Assembly (NCBI GenBank): GCA_965223335.1 | Contig: OZ244991.1 | Coordinates: 704,001 to 768,000, forward strand | DNA: 64,000 nucleotides | Origin: Thermodesulfobacteriota bacterium | GTDB lineage: Bacteria > Desulfobacterota_D > UBA1144 > Nemesobacterales > UBA2774 | Direction of reading: 5' to 3' | In this document: piece after piece, positions 8,263-18,067 of the stretch | Numbering within the stretch: position 1 is the first letter of the stretch | Layout of the letters: each line of letters starts with the position of its first letter | The notes under the pieces: model-generated | What the model was told of the DNA's origin: nothing | The model's database searches: none | Seen by the model: only the letters and a program-made list of their open reading frames with translations | Program-made: the position numbers and the translations under genes

Positions 8263-10209
8263 TTACTTCTTTTTCCTGCGCAGTGCACGTACCCCGAATA
8301 CAAACGCTACTGGTACCAGAGGGATAAGTACGTTCGCAAGTCCGCTCCCTAGCTCTACCGGGCTAGCTGCTATAGCACAACTACCGCTGCTCTTCTTGCT
8401 AGGCGGATTCGTTGGCGGCAGTGTAGGCCCTAGTGTAGGTGGTGTGGTCGGAGGCAGTGTGGGTCCAAGTGTCGGGATAATTATGAAATCCTCGCTGGCC
8501 ACTATAGCCTCGTCTATACCAAGCCTTGCGAAACACACTGTTGTGTCACCACAACTTGTGAAGGTCTCGAGCTCATCCCATATACCCACTGCAAGGTCTG
8601 TAGCAGCTGCGAGTGCACGGTATGGGGGACCGTAGTCGTCTATAAAGGAGATAACCACAGCATCACCACCTGCCGAGCCGGTCTGTACATTAAACTGACC
8701 GGATAGGATTGTGGGGTCTACGACGTCCAGGAACGAGGTAATTCCATCAAGCACACCCGTGCATACAATTGGTTCTATGAACTGGAAGTTGTCTACCAAT
8801 GCACCGCTGTCTCTATTTCCCCCGGCTGCGTCCTGGAGAGAAACCACCTGTAATGCATAGGTGCCGGGGCCAGGCACATTTATGGTATCTCCGTTAAAAC
8901 TCGAACGCCCGGCGGTGAACGTAAACGGTGTGATTGTATATACCGTATCATCAGTAGGTATTGCCTGACACGGTACCGTAGCGCCACTGGTTAAGTTGAG
9001 TGATAGTGGGCCTACCGTAATGGCAGGATCAAAATAGCACTGACCCCCTATGATAGCGGGCGTAGTTGTTTCAATTAAGAGCACCGCAACTGCCGTCTGA
9101 CAGATTATTATTTGGTCCGGCGACGACAAGAGTGCATAGTCATAGGTGATCGGACCGGCTTGAGTCGTTGTAAAGTTGACTGACTGTAATATGGTTGTGT
9201 TAATCTGTGGACCTACATTGTTTACTAGTGTTGGAGTTGCCAATGCTCCGAATGTACCACCGCTATAGCTCCCTGTGGGGAAGTCTCCGCTCGATGCTAC
9301 ATATGCCATAAAATCGTTGGGTGGATCGGGAGGTGAAGCGGGTGGTGCAGCTACATTGGGGGATATCCCTGTGGGGTCTATGACATTGGCTACAGCTGAT
9401 GAGTTTGACTGCGACCTGAACCATGCTGGGGATCCGGTTGAGGGTGGGGGTAGTGGTATAAAAAATTCCCCAGTCTGGAAGCTGCCGTTGGCTATTACGT
9501 TAAATTCACCGTTCTCGTCACAAAACGCCTGACGGGCATACATGTTTACTCCATATGAGTAATCATTGGGGTCCACAATCACAGTCTGACCCGTTAGGTA
9601 GTCGTGTTCAAATGCGTTATCGGGATTAGGACACCCGTCCACTGCTGTTACCAGGAATATACCCTCTTTACCCTGTAGGTTATCGTCGGGGATTGCCGCC
9701 CCCAGGTTGTTAACCAGGTTTCCTAGGTCGTATACGTGCGAGTCCCCAGGGGTGTATTGGTCACAAAAGTTTCTGATCTCTACACAGTTTTCGTCCAATA
9801 TACGTACATGGACGCTGATCGGGGTAAACACGTTTGAGTTCGTTACCTGCACAGAGGTATTACGCCCGTTGGCCTGTGTCCACCAGGTCACAAGCTGTGA
9901 GCCGCTGTCTGTGGTAGGTGTGGGGTTGGCCCCAAAGAAAAAGAAGAAGCCAAAATCAAAAAAGTCGTTGTTATGCATCCAGTCGAGTCCACCCACGGCA
10001 GCACCGCCGAAGTTCTCTACAGTGCCTACAAGGCCAGCGGTAAAGTCGGCCTGTGCGGGGTTAGGGACCTGGATCTCTACCCAGCCCACCTCGTTGGGTA
10101 CAGAGGGGCAGAGTAGGTTGTCTGTGCCGATCTGTGCCTGGGCTTGGGGCATAAAAACCAAACCCACCAGGACCAGCAACATTATAGTTGTGAATGATTT
10201 CTTAATCAT
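8263..10209 (-). CDS. Surface protein B1: signal peptide, A-like scaffold, variable insert, Pro/Thr linker, Cys-TM-basic sorting tail
   Basis: Signal peptide ending AQA. C-terminus SSGSCAIAASPVELGSGLANVLIPLVPVAFVFGVRALRRKKK. Strong SD AAGGAGG. Paralog of B2-B4. Confidence 0.9.
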   Translation of the reverse strand: MIKKSFTTIMLLVLVGLVFMPQAQAQIGTDNLLCPSVPNEVGWVEIQVPNPAQADFTAGLVGTVENFGGAAVGGLDWMHNNDFFDFGFFFFFGANPTPTTDSGSQLVTWWTQANGRNTSVQVTNSNVFTPISVHVRILDENCVEIRNFCDQYTPGDSHVYDLGNLVNNLGAAIPDDNLQGKEGIFLVTAVDGCPNPDNAFEHDYLTGQTVIVDPNDYSYGVNMYARQAFCDENGEFNVIANGSFQTGEFFIPLPPPSTGSPAWFRSQSNSSAVANVIDPTGISPNVAAPPASPPDPPNDFMAYVASSGDFPTGSYSGGTFGALATPTLVNNVGPQINTTILQSVNFTTTQAGPITYDYALLSSPDQIIICQTAVAVLLIETTTPAIIGGQCYFDPAITVGPLSLNLTSGATVPCQAIPTDDTVYTITPFTFTAGRSSFNGDTINVPGPGTYALQVVSLQDAAGGNRDSGALVDNFQFIEPIVCTGVLDGITSFLDVVDPTILSGQFNVQTGSAGGDAVVISFIDDYGPPYRALAAATDLAVGIWDELETFTSCGDTTVCFARLGIDEAIVASEDFIIIPTLGPTLPPTTPPTLGPTLPPTNPPSKKSSGSCAIAASPVELGSGLANVLIPLVPVAFVFGVRALRRKKK

Positions 10210-10262
10210 TTAACTATCCTCCTTGGGATCGTTTGTGTCTTTTCTCAAACAGATACATAGTT

Positions 10263-11324
10263 TTATTCTTCTGCAAGCTGATTGATTATCGTACTTTCAT
10301 CTGAGATGCTAGGTGTCCACCACGAGTCCATGGAACCTGTACCGTCCCCGTTGTTTAAACCCAAGAAACCAACAAATAAAACTGTTGAAACTTGTGTACT
10401 AGGACAGTCACCCGTAATAGGATCTACATCAAAGCAATTGAATCTCTGAAGCGGCATAAACAGCCACCCGACATCCACACTGTCGTTACAAATTCTATTG
10501 ACCTCGCCCTTTGAGTTAGGATGGAAGTTGTCTATCCCTTTATCTACAAGTGTAAGGTCGCAGGCAAACGTCGTAGGGCTGCACGATGTTGGACTCTCGA
10601 ACTCATCAAATATATGAACTTGTGGGTCAGCGTCGGTTACATCCCCAGTAGCATTACCGAATACTGCCTGGATTAGCGGGCTGGCTACAACAGACGAATC
10701 GTCTATTCTCCTATAAACAAGACCCACTACATCTGCAAGATCGGCGCCATCCACATTATTGAAGTTAACTACACCTCTATCCCAGAAGTTTGATGCGAGA
10801 CTGAACACTTCCTCACCAGCAGCATTGGTCCTGTACTCGAAGTCCCCATCGCCATCAATAATCCTAAACATACCGATTAGCGAGTCCTCAGGTCCGCTGA
10901 ACGCTGAGATTACAATTAAGCCGTAACCCTCATCAAAGTCGGCTCCGGGGGCAGAAAACCCTACAAACCCCAGTCCATCTGCATCATTGTTGGATACTAG
11001 GTTGCCCAGGTCATACACGTGAGTGTCCCCCGGGGTGTATACATCGTCGAAGTCGGTCTCTTCGCATACCACTACCGGGGAGGTAACGTTAAAGATCTGG
11101 ACGTGTACAAACACAGTCCCCTGACTCACATTTGTAAGCTGAGCAAAGGTCTGGCGAGCCATACGCATATCCCAGAAATACACCAGATCATCAGTTGCCT
11201 GATCCGTCTGGTCTATGGTGTCTACTGTGATAGTAACTAACCCTGCCATTGATACTGTGGGAGCAATCAACAGCAGTGTAAACACTACAATATATTGTAA
11301 CCTGGATATAATTTGGTAGGTCAT
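10263..11324 (-). CDS. Secreted acidic protein A1 (uncharacterised family)
   Basis: Signal peptide ending SMA. Conserved YTPGDTHVYDLGNL, EYRTNAAG, GLNNGDGTGSMDSWW. Paralog of A2-A4. Confidence 0.9.
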   Translation of the reverse strand: MTYQIISRLQYIVVFTLLLIAPTVSMAGLVTITVDTIDQTDQATDDLVYFWDMRMARQTFAQLTNVSQGTVFVHVQIFNVTSPVVVCEETDFDDVYTPGDTHVYDLGNLVSNNDADGLGFVGFSAPGADFDEGYGLIVISAFSGPEDSLIGMFRIIDGDGDFEYRTNAAGEEVFSLASNFWDRGVVNFNNVDGADLADVVGLVYRRIDDSSVVASPLIQAVFGNATGDVTDADPQVHIFDEFESPTSCSPTTFACDLTLVDKGIDNFHPNSKGEVNRICNDSVDVGWLFMPLQRFNCFDVDPITGDCPSTQVSTVLFVGFLGLNNGDGTGSMDSWWTPSISDESTIINQLAEE

Positions 11325-11374
11325 CTATCCTTCCTCCTTAAATTTTGTAAAGCTGATATAGTCGAGTTAGTACG

Positions 11375-11403
11375 ATTCTAATTGAAGCCAAAACAAAATA
11401 CAA
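11375..11403 (-). promoter_or_regulatory. sigma70-like promoter of unit 1
   Basis: TTGTAT-17 bp-TAGAAT, followed by conserved AACTCGACTATAT. Confidence 0.65.
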
Positions 11404-11436
11404 TATTTTTTAAGGGTAACTACTTATGTATTTAAT

Positions 11437-11482
11437 AAAGAAAAAGCCGAGTGAGTAATCTCTACTCACCCGGCCTTCTTTT
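11437..11482 (-). terminator. Intrinsic terminator T1
   Basis: GCCGAGTGAGTA-atctc-TACTCACCCGGC hairpin with flanking A/T tracts. Confidence 0.8.
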
Positions 11483-11549
11483 AAATCTCTTTATTTAAGA
11501 GCAGAGTAGACAATTACTTACCTACCTTGCTCATGTTTTATTTATTACT

Positions 11550-11627
11550 CGGTCTTAGACCGCTGTCCCACGACCCCATTTTGTTCCTGCCTGTCGGTCG
11601 TGATAATGCTACTCCCTTGCGGTCCCC
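11550..11627. repeat. 78-bp structured insertion (copy 2)
   Basis: Identical to 8184-8261 at offset 3366. Confidence 0.55.
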
Positions 11628-11628
11628 A

Positions 11629-13569
11629 TTACTTCTTTTTCCTGCGCAGTGCACGTACCCCGAATACAAACGCTACTGGTACCAGAGGGATAAGTACGTT
11701 CGCAAGTCCGCTCCCTAGCTCTACCGGGCTAGCTGCTATAGCACAACTACCGCTGCTCTTCTTGCTAGGCGGATTCGTTGGCGGCAGTGTAGGCCCTAGT
11801 GTAGGTGGTGTGGTCGGAGGCAGTGTGGGTCCAAGTGTCGGGATAATTATGAAATCCTCGCTGGCCACTATAGCCTCGTCTATACCAAGCCTTGCGAAAC
11901 ACACTGTTGTGTCACCACAACTTGTGAAGGTCTCGAGCTCATCCCATATACCCACTGCAAGGTCTGTAGCAGCTGCGAGTGCGCGGTATGGGGGACCGTA
12001 GTCGTCTATAAAGGAGATAACCACAGCATCTCCACCTGCCGAGCCGGTCTGTACATTAAACTGACCGGATAGGATTGTGGGGTCTACGACGTCCAGGAAC
12101 GAGTTGACACCGTCCAATACACCGTCGCATATGATGGGCTCAATCACACGGAAATTGTCTACCAATCCACCGTTATGTTGAGGTGCTATACCGTCGCAGT
12201 CCTGTTCCTGTCCGGTAATTACCTGAATAGTGTATGAACCCGCACCCGGGATGTTCAAGCTGTCGTTGTTAAAGCTCGAACGGCCCTCGGGGAAAATGAA
12301 CGGGTTAATTGTATACACCGTTGCGTCTGTGGGGATGCTTTGACAAAGAACAGCGATATTATTTTGAAGCGCTCCGATAAACTGTGAATTGGCATCCGAA
12401 TAGCAATTACCGCCTATGATTGTCGGACCTGTGGTGTCTATAAGCAGAACTCCCAGTGCTGCTGAGCATGTGCCCGGTGTTGCGTTGGTTAGAATCGAGT
12501 AGTCGTATGTCAATGTTCCGCCCTGTGTGGTGGTAAACCCGATCGATTCCAGTATGGTTACGTTCGTAGCAGCAGTACCGAAATTCAATGTCAACGGTGC
12601 TGCCAAAGACGGGAAACTGCCACCGTCGTAGAAACTCTCTGTGAACGAAGTACTGGATACTACATATGCCATGAAATCATTAGCAGGGTCCGGAGGTGAC
12701 GCCGGTGGTGCCGCTACATTCGGGGATATCCCTGTGGGATCTATAACTGCAGACACAGGAGCTAAAGTGCTGCCCTGTGTAATGGCCCATACAGGGAATG
12801 GTAAGCCGAATAGATCTATGAAGAAACTCCCTGTCTGGAAACTGCCGTTTGTAATCACGTTTCTCTCCCCGGCCTCGTCACAAAACGCCTGACGGGCATA
12901 CATGTTTACTCCGTACATGTAATCGTTGGGGTCCACTATTACTGTCTGACCCGTGAGGAAATCAGCCTCTACTGCATTGTCAGGGTTAGGACACCCGTCC
13001 ACTGCTGTTACGAGGAATATACCCTCTTTACCCTGTAGGTTGTCGTCGGGGATTGCCACCCCACCGTTATCCACCAGGTTCCCTAGGTCATACACATGTG
13101 TGTCGCCAGGGGTGTAGAAGTCACAGAAGTTACGGATCTCTACACAGTTGGCATCAAGTATCCTCACGTGTACAGGGCCCCCTACAAACACACTTGAGTT
13201 TGTTACCTGCACAGAGGTATTACGCCCGTTGGCCTGTGTCCACCAGGTCACAAGCTGAGAGCCGCTGTCTGTGGTAGGTGTGGGGTTGGCCCCAAAGAAA
13301 AAGAAGAAGCCAAAATCAAAAAAGTCGTTGTTATGCATCCAGTCGAGTCCACCCACGGCAGCACCACCGAAGTTCTCTACGGTGCCTACAAGGCCAGCGG
13401 TAAAGTCGGCCTGTGCGGGGTTAGGTACCTGGATCTCTACCCAGCCCACCTCGTTAGGTACAGAGGGACAGAGTAGGTTGTCTGTACCAATCTGACTCAT
13501 GGCGGGTGTTATATAAGCAAAGCCCACGAGAGCCACTAGTAAAAATGCCGTTAAGAATTTTTGTATCAT
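11629..13569 (-). CDS. Surface protein B2
   Basis: Same architecture and C-terminal tail as B1, with a divergent central domain. Confidence 0.9.
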   Translation of the reverse strand: MIQKFLTAFLLVALVGFAYITPAMSQIGTDNLLCPSVPNEVGWVEIQVPNPAQADFTAGLVGTVENFGGAAVGGLDWMHNNDFFDFGFFFFFGANPTPTTDSGSQLVTWWTQANGRNTSVQVTNSSVFVGGPVHVRILDANCVEIRNFCDFYTPGDTHVYDLGNLVDNGGVAIPDDNLQGKEGIFLVTAVDGCPNPDNAVEADFLTGQTVIVDPNDYMYGVNMYARQAFCDEAGERNVITNGSFQTGSFFIDLFGLPFPVWAITQGSTLAPVSAVIDPTGISPNVAAPPASPPDPANDFMAYVVSSTSFTESFYDGGSFPSLAAPLTLNFGTAATNVTILESIGFTTTQGGTLTYDYSILTNATPGTCSAALGVLLIDTTGPTIIGGNCYSDANSQFIGALQNNIAVLCQSIPTDATVYTINPFIFPEGRSSFNNDSLNIPGAGSYTIQVITGQEQDCDGIAPQHNGGLVDNFRVIEPIICDGVLDGVNSFLDVVDPTILSGQFNVQTGSAGGDAVVISFIDDYGPPYRALAAATDLAVGIWDELETFTSCGDTTVCFARLGIDEAIVASEDFIIIPTLGPTLPPTTPPTLGPTLPPTNPPSKKSSGSCAIAASPVELGSGLANVLIPLVPVAFVFGVRALRRKKK

Positions 13570-13646
13570 CTAACTATCCTCCTTCGGATTGTTCATTTAT
13601 TTTTTTTTAATCGTCATAGATCTACCAAAGGTAAATTAGGGTAGCG

Positions 13647-14699
13647 TTATGGTAATAGTCCACCCTCATCATCACTTAAACCCTGTGACCACCACGAGTC
13701 CATGGATCCTGTACCGTCTCCGTTGTTAAGACCCAGAAACCCGACAAAGAAAACATCCGCGACATCACTTCCGCAGGATCCGGTAACCGGATCGAGGTCG
13801 AAACAGTTAAATGTTTGGAACGGCATAAACAGCCACCCGACATCTACACTGTCGTTACAGATTCTGTTTACCTCGCCCTTTGAGTTGGGATGGAAATTAT
13901 CTATCCCTTTGTCTACAAGTGTCAGGTCGCATGCAAATGTTGTCGGGCTGCAGGATGTGGGGCTCTCAAACTCATCAAATATATGGACCTGTGGACTTGC
14001 ATCAGTAACATCACCCGTCGCGTCACCAAACACAGCCTGAATGAGTGGCGATGCTACTACTGAACCGGGATCGATGCTCCTGTAGACTAACCCAACGACG
14101 TCTGAAAGGTTTGCTCCGTCCACATCATTAAAGTTCAAAATCCCAAGAGTCCACAAATTGTTGTCTGTGATGATCCCAGTGATGTTCTCTTCACCTGCTG
14201 CGTTGGTCCTGTACTCGAAATCACTGTCACCATCTATGATCCTAAACAATCCGATTAGCGGATCTATAGGCCCGGATTCTAACGAGATAACAACAAGCCC
14301 GTAGCCCTCATCCAAGTCTGCATTAGGGGCAGAAAAACCTACAAACCCCAGTCCGTCTGCATCGTTGTTGGATACTAGATTGCCCAGGTCATACACATGT
14401 GTGTCTCCCGGGGTGTATACATCGTCAAAGTCGGTCTCTTCACAAATCACGACCGGTGAGGTGACATTGAAAATCTGCACGTGCACAAATACAAGTCCCT
14501 GCGAGACATTGGTCATCTGCGCGAAAGTTTCTCGTGCCATCCTCATATCCCAAAAATATATGAGTCTTTCTACTGATTGGTCTGTCTGGTCAATCCTGGG
14601 AATATCAACTGGTGCCTGTGCAAATGAGCTAATCGGCATCAGCATGATGCCCATTAGCACAAACAAATACTTCAATCTTATGACAAGGCAATTGGTCAT
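13647..14699 (-). CDS. Secreted acidic protein A2
   Basis: Paralog of A1. Signal peptide ending SFA. Same conserved motifs. Confidence 0.9.
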   Translation of the reverse strand: MTNCLVIRLKYLFVLMGIMLMPISSFAQAPVDIPRIDQTDQSVERLIYFWDMRMARETFAQMTNVSQGLVFVHVQIFNVTSPVVICEETDFDDVYTPGDTHVYDLGNLVSNNDADGLGFVGFSAPNADLDEGYGLVVISLESGPIDPLIGLFRIIDGDSDFEYRTNAAGEENITGIITDNNLWTLGILNFNDVDGANLSDVVGLVYRSIDPGSVVASPLIQAVFGDATGDVTDASPQVHIFDEFESPTSCSPTTFACDLTLVDKGIDNFHPNSKGEVNRICNDSVDVGWLFMPFQTFNCFDLDPVTGSCGSDVADVFFVGFLGLNNGDGTGSMDSWWSQGLSDDEGGLLP

Positions 14700-14755
14700 C
14701 TATCCTTCCTCCTTATATATCTGTGTCAATATATCTATATAGTCGAGTTGACACT

Positions 14756-14784
14756 ATTCTAAAACATATGAATCAGATTTACAA
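14756..14784 (-). promoter_or_regulatory. sigma70-like promoter of unit 2
   Basis: TTGTAA-17 bp-TAGAAT, followed by AACTCGACTATAT. Confidence 0.65.
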
Positions 14785-14817
14785 TATTTTTTAAGGGTAA
14801 CTACTTATGTATTTAAT

Positions 14818-14862
14818 AAAGAAAAAGCCGAGTGAGTAATCTCTACTCACCCGGCTCTTTTT
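14818..14862 (-). terminator. Intrinsic terminator T2
   Basis: AGCCGAGTGAGTA-atctc-TACTCACCCGGCT hairpin with A/T tracts. Confidence 0.8.
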
Positions 14863-14920
14863 CATATCTTTCATTTCCAGCAGTGTAGGTTACCCACTAC
14901 CAGATTTATTTCTTGTTTCC

Positions 14921-16873
14921 TTACTTCTTTTTCCTGCGCAGTGCACGTACCCCGAATACAAACGCTACTGGTACCAGAGGGATAAGTACGTTCGCAAGTC
15001 CACTCCCTAGCTCTACCGGGCTAGCTGCTATAGCACAACTACCGCTGCTCTTCTTGCTAGGCGGATTCGTTGGCGGCAGTGTAGGCCCTAGTGTAGGTGG
15101 TGTGGTCGGAGGCAGTGTGGGTCCAAGTGTCGGGATAATTATGAAATCCTCGCTGGCCACTATAGCCTCGTCTATACCAAGCCTTGCGAAACACACTGTT
15201 GTGTCACCACAACTTGTGAATGTCTCGAGCTCATCCCAAATACCCACTGCAGTGTCCGTTGCAGCTGCGAGTGCTCTATACGGGGGACCGTAGTCGTCTA
15301 TAAAGGAGATAACCACAGCATCACCGCCTGCCGAGCCGGTCTGTACATTAAACTGACCGGATAGGATTGTGGGATCCACAACGTCCAGGAACGAGTTTAC
15401 TCCGTCGAGCACACCGTCGCATATGATGGGCTCTATGAACTGGAAGTTGTCTACCAATGCACCGCTGTCGTTAATAGGTGCAATACACAATCCCGTATCT
15501 TGCAGTGTTATTACCTGCAGTGCATACGTTCCTGCCCCGGGCACATTGAGTGTGCTGGTGTTAAAGCTTGAGCGCCCGTCATCAAAGCTAAACGGGTTGA
15601 TTGTATATACGGTGTCGTCTGTAGGAACCTGGACACAGCTTGGAGTTCCAGGAGCAATCTGTAGAAAAGCAGCCGGTGTACCTTGGGTGCTCTCTACAAA
15701 GCACTGTCCCGAAACAACGGCCGGAGGTCCGGCCAGTGTGTTGATGAGTATCACTGCAACACCCGATACACAACCCGTGGACTGTAAAATGGTGTAATCA
15801 AATGTGAGAGTTCCACTCTGGGTAGTTGTAAAAGTTGTCGATTCCAGTACCGATACATTACCCTCAGCTCCTACAAAGTTGAACAGGTCGATAACATCTA
15901 CCGTAGCCAAGTTTCCGTATGTTCCGCCACTATAATTACCAGTAGGGAAATCATCGCTGGATACTACGTATGCATAGAAATCATTAGCAGGGTCCGGAGG
16001 TGACGCCGGTGGTGCTGCTACATTCGGGGATATCCCTGTGGGATCTATAACTGCAGACACAGGAGCTAAAGTGCTGCCCTGTGTAATGGCCCATACAGGG
16101 AATGGTAAGCCGAATAGATCTATGAAGAAACTCCCTGTCTGGAAACTGCCGTTTGTAATCACGTTTCTCTCCCCAGCCTCGTCACAAAACGCCTGACGGG
16201 CATACATGTTTACTCCGTACATGTAATCGTTGGGGTCCACTATTACTGTCTGACCCGTGAGGAAATCAGCCTCTACTGCATTGTCAGGGTTAGGACACCC
16301 GTCCACTGCTGTTACGAGGAATATACCCTCTTTACCCTGTAGGTTATCGTCGGGGATTGCCGCCCCACCGTTATCCACCAGGTTCCCTAGGTCATACACA
16401 TGTGTGTCGCCAGGGGTGTAGAAGTCACAGAAGTTACGGATCTCTACACAGTTGGCATCAAGTATCCTCACGTGTACAGGGCCCCCTACAAACACACTTG
16501 AGTTTGTTACCTGCACAGAGGTATTACGCCCGTTGGCCTGTGTCCACCAGGTCACAAGCTGAGAGCCGCTGTCTGTGGTAGGTGTGGGGTTGGCCCCAAA
16601 GAAAAAGAAGAAGCCAAAATCAAAAAAGTCGTTGTTATGCATCCAGTCGAGTCCACCCACGGCAGCACCACCGAAGTTCTCTACAGTGCCTACAAGGCCA
16701 GCGGTAAAGTCGGCCTGTGCGGGGTTAGGTACCTGGATCTCTACCCAGCCCACCTCGTTAGGTACAGAGGGACAGAGTAGGTTGTCTGTGCCAATCTGGC
16801 TCATGGCGGGTGTTATATAAGCAACGCCCACAAACATGAGCATTAATACTGCTGTAAAGGAATGTCTAATCAT
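14921..16873 (-). CDS. Surface protein B3
   Basis: Same architecture as B1/B2. N-terminal part nearly identical to B2. Confidence 0.9.
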   Translation of the reverse strand: MIRHSFTAVLMLMFVGVAYITPAMSQIGTDNLLCPSVPNEVGWVEIQVPNPAQADFTAGLVGTVENFGGAAVGGLDWMHNNDFFDFGFFFFFGANPTPTTDSGSQLVTWWTQANGRNTSVQVTNSSVFVGGPVHVRILDANCVEIRNFCDFYTPGDTHVYDLGNLVDNGGAAIPDDNLQGKEGIFLVTAVDGCPNPDNAVEADFLTGQTVIVDPNDYMYGVNMYARQAFCDEAGERNVITNGSFQTGSFFIDLFGLPFPVWAITQGSTLAPVSAVIDPTGISPNVAAPPASPPDPANDFYAYVVSSDDFPTGNYSGGTYGNLATVDVIDLFNFVGAEGNVSVLESTTFTTTQSGTLTFDYTILQSTGCVSGVAVILINTLAGPPAVVSGQCFVESTQGTPAAFLQIAPGTPSCVQVPTDDTVYTINPFSFDDGRSSFNTSTLNVPGAGTYALQVITLQDTGLCIAPINDSGALVDNFQFIEPIICDGVLDGVNSFLDVVDPTILSGQFNVQTGSAGGDAVVISFIDDYGPPYRALAAATDTAVGIWDELETFTSCGDTTVCFARLGIDEAIVASEDFIIIPTLGPTLPPTTPPTLGPTLPPTNPPSKKSSGSCAIAASPVELGSGLANVLIPLVPVAFVFGVRALRRKKK

Positions 16874-16935
16874 CCTTCTTTCCTCCTTATAGTTATCCGT
16901 CTATTTTTTTCATCATATAAAATCTGCAATAAGCA

Positions 16936-17955
16936 TTATGTAGGATCAGATTCATCGAATTCGCTAGGTGTCCACCACGAGTCCATCGAGCCTGTGCCGT
17001 CTCCGTTGTTTAATCCCAGGAATCCTGTGAAATAGACAGAATCACCCGGGCAATCCCCGGTCACAGGATCGAGGTCGAAACAGTTAAACCTCTGAAACGG
17101 CATAAACAACCACCCTACATCCACACTGTCGTTACAGATCCTGTTAACCTCGCCCTTTGAGTTGGGGTGGAAGTTATCAATCCCTTTGTCTACAAGTGTC
17201 AGGTCACATGCAAACGTTGTAGGGCTGCACGATGTTGGACTCTCGAACTCATCAAATATATGGATCTGGGGACTTGCATCAGTAACATCACCCGTCGCGT
17301 CACCAAACACTGCCTGTACGAGAGGGCCGGCAACCACAGAGTCAACATCTACCCTTCTGTAAACCAATCCGACTACATCCGCTAGGTCGACTCCGTCCAC
17401 ATTGTTAAAATTGAGAACACCAAGGTTCCAAATAGTTGTCGGATCAAATATATTCTCACCCGCTGCATTGGTCCTGTACTCGAAATCACCGTCACCGTCT
17501 ATGATGCGAAACATACCTATGAAGTCATCAAATCCGCTGGATTGAGATACAACCAACAACCCATATCCTTCATCTAAATCCGCATTTGGAGCCGAGAACC
17601 CTACAAAACCCAGTCCGTCAGCATCGTTGTTGGACACAAGGTTGCCCAGATCGTAGACGTGAGTGTCCCCGGGTGTATAAACATCGTCAAAGTCGGTTTC
17701 TTCACAAACGACTACAGGTGACGTAACATTAAAAATCTGCACATGCACAAAAGACACAAACCCTGAGGTGTTTGTCAACTGTGCAAAGGTCTGGCGAGCC
17801 ATACGTAGATCCCAGAAATAAACCAACGCATCTGAAGACTGGTCGGTCTGGTCAATAGAGGGTTCAGAAAATCCTGCCATTGATACTGTGGGAGCAATCA
17901 ACAGCAGTGTAAACACTACAATATATTGTAACCTGGATATAATTTGGTAGGTCAT
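16936..17955 (-). CDS. Secreted acidic protein A3
   Basis: Paralog of A1, with an identical signal peptide. Confidence 0.9.
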   Translation of the reverse strand: MTYQIISRLQYIVVFTLLLIAPTVSMAGFSEPSIDQTDQSSDALVYFWDLRMARQTFAQLTNTSGFVSFVHVQIFNVTSPVVVCEETDFDDVYTPGDTHVYDLGNLVSNNDADGLGFVGFSAPNADLDEGYGLLVVSQSSGFDDFIGMFRIIDGDGDFEYRTNAAGENIFDPTTIWNLGVLNFNNVDGVDLADVVGLVYRRVDVDSVVAGPLVQAVFGDATGDVTDASPQIHIFDEFESPTSCSPTTFACDLTLVDKGIDNFHPNSKGEVNRICNDSVDVGWLFMPFQRFNCFDLDPVTGDCPGDSVYFTGFLGLNNGDGTGSMDSWWTPSEFDESDPT

Positions 17956-18005
17956 CTATCCTTCCTCCTTAAATTGTTTACAACTTATATAGTCGAGTTA
18001 TTACG

Positions 18006-18034
18006 ATTTTAAACGAAGCTATCTAGGATTACAA
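18006..18034 (-). promoter_or_regulatory. sigma70-like promoter of unit 3
   Basis: TTGTAA-17 bp-TAAAAT, followed by AACTCGACTATAT. Confidence 0.65.
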
Positions 18035-18067
18035 GATTTTTGAATGGTAACTACTTACGAATTTAAT

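Noticed and set aside
8455..8490. IPTL-CTERM signal (IIIPTLG in B1-B3)
   Set aside because: IPTL here begins the Pro/Thr linker about 45 aa before the TM helix and is VAPTL in B4. It does not directly precede the helix.
8161..8635. Repeated plus-strand ORFs (8161-8352, 8234-8635, 11527-11718, 11600-12001, 14913-15293 and similar)
   Set aside because: Antisense shadows of the B genes and UTRs. They repeat only because the underlying DNA is duplicated.
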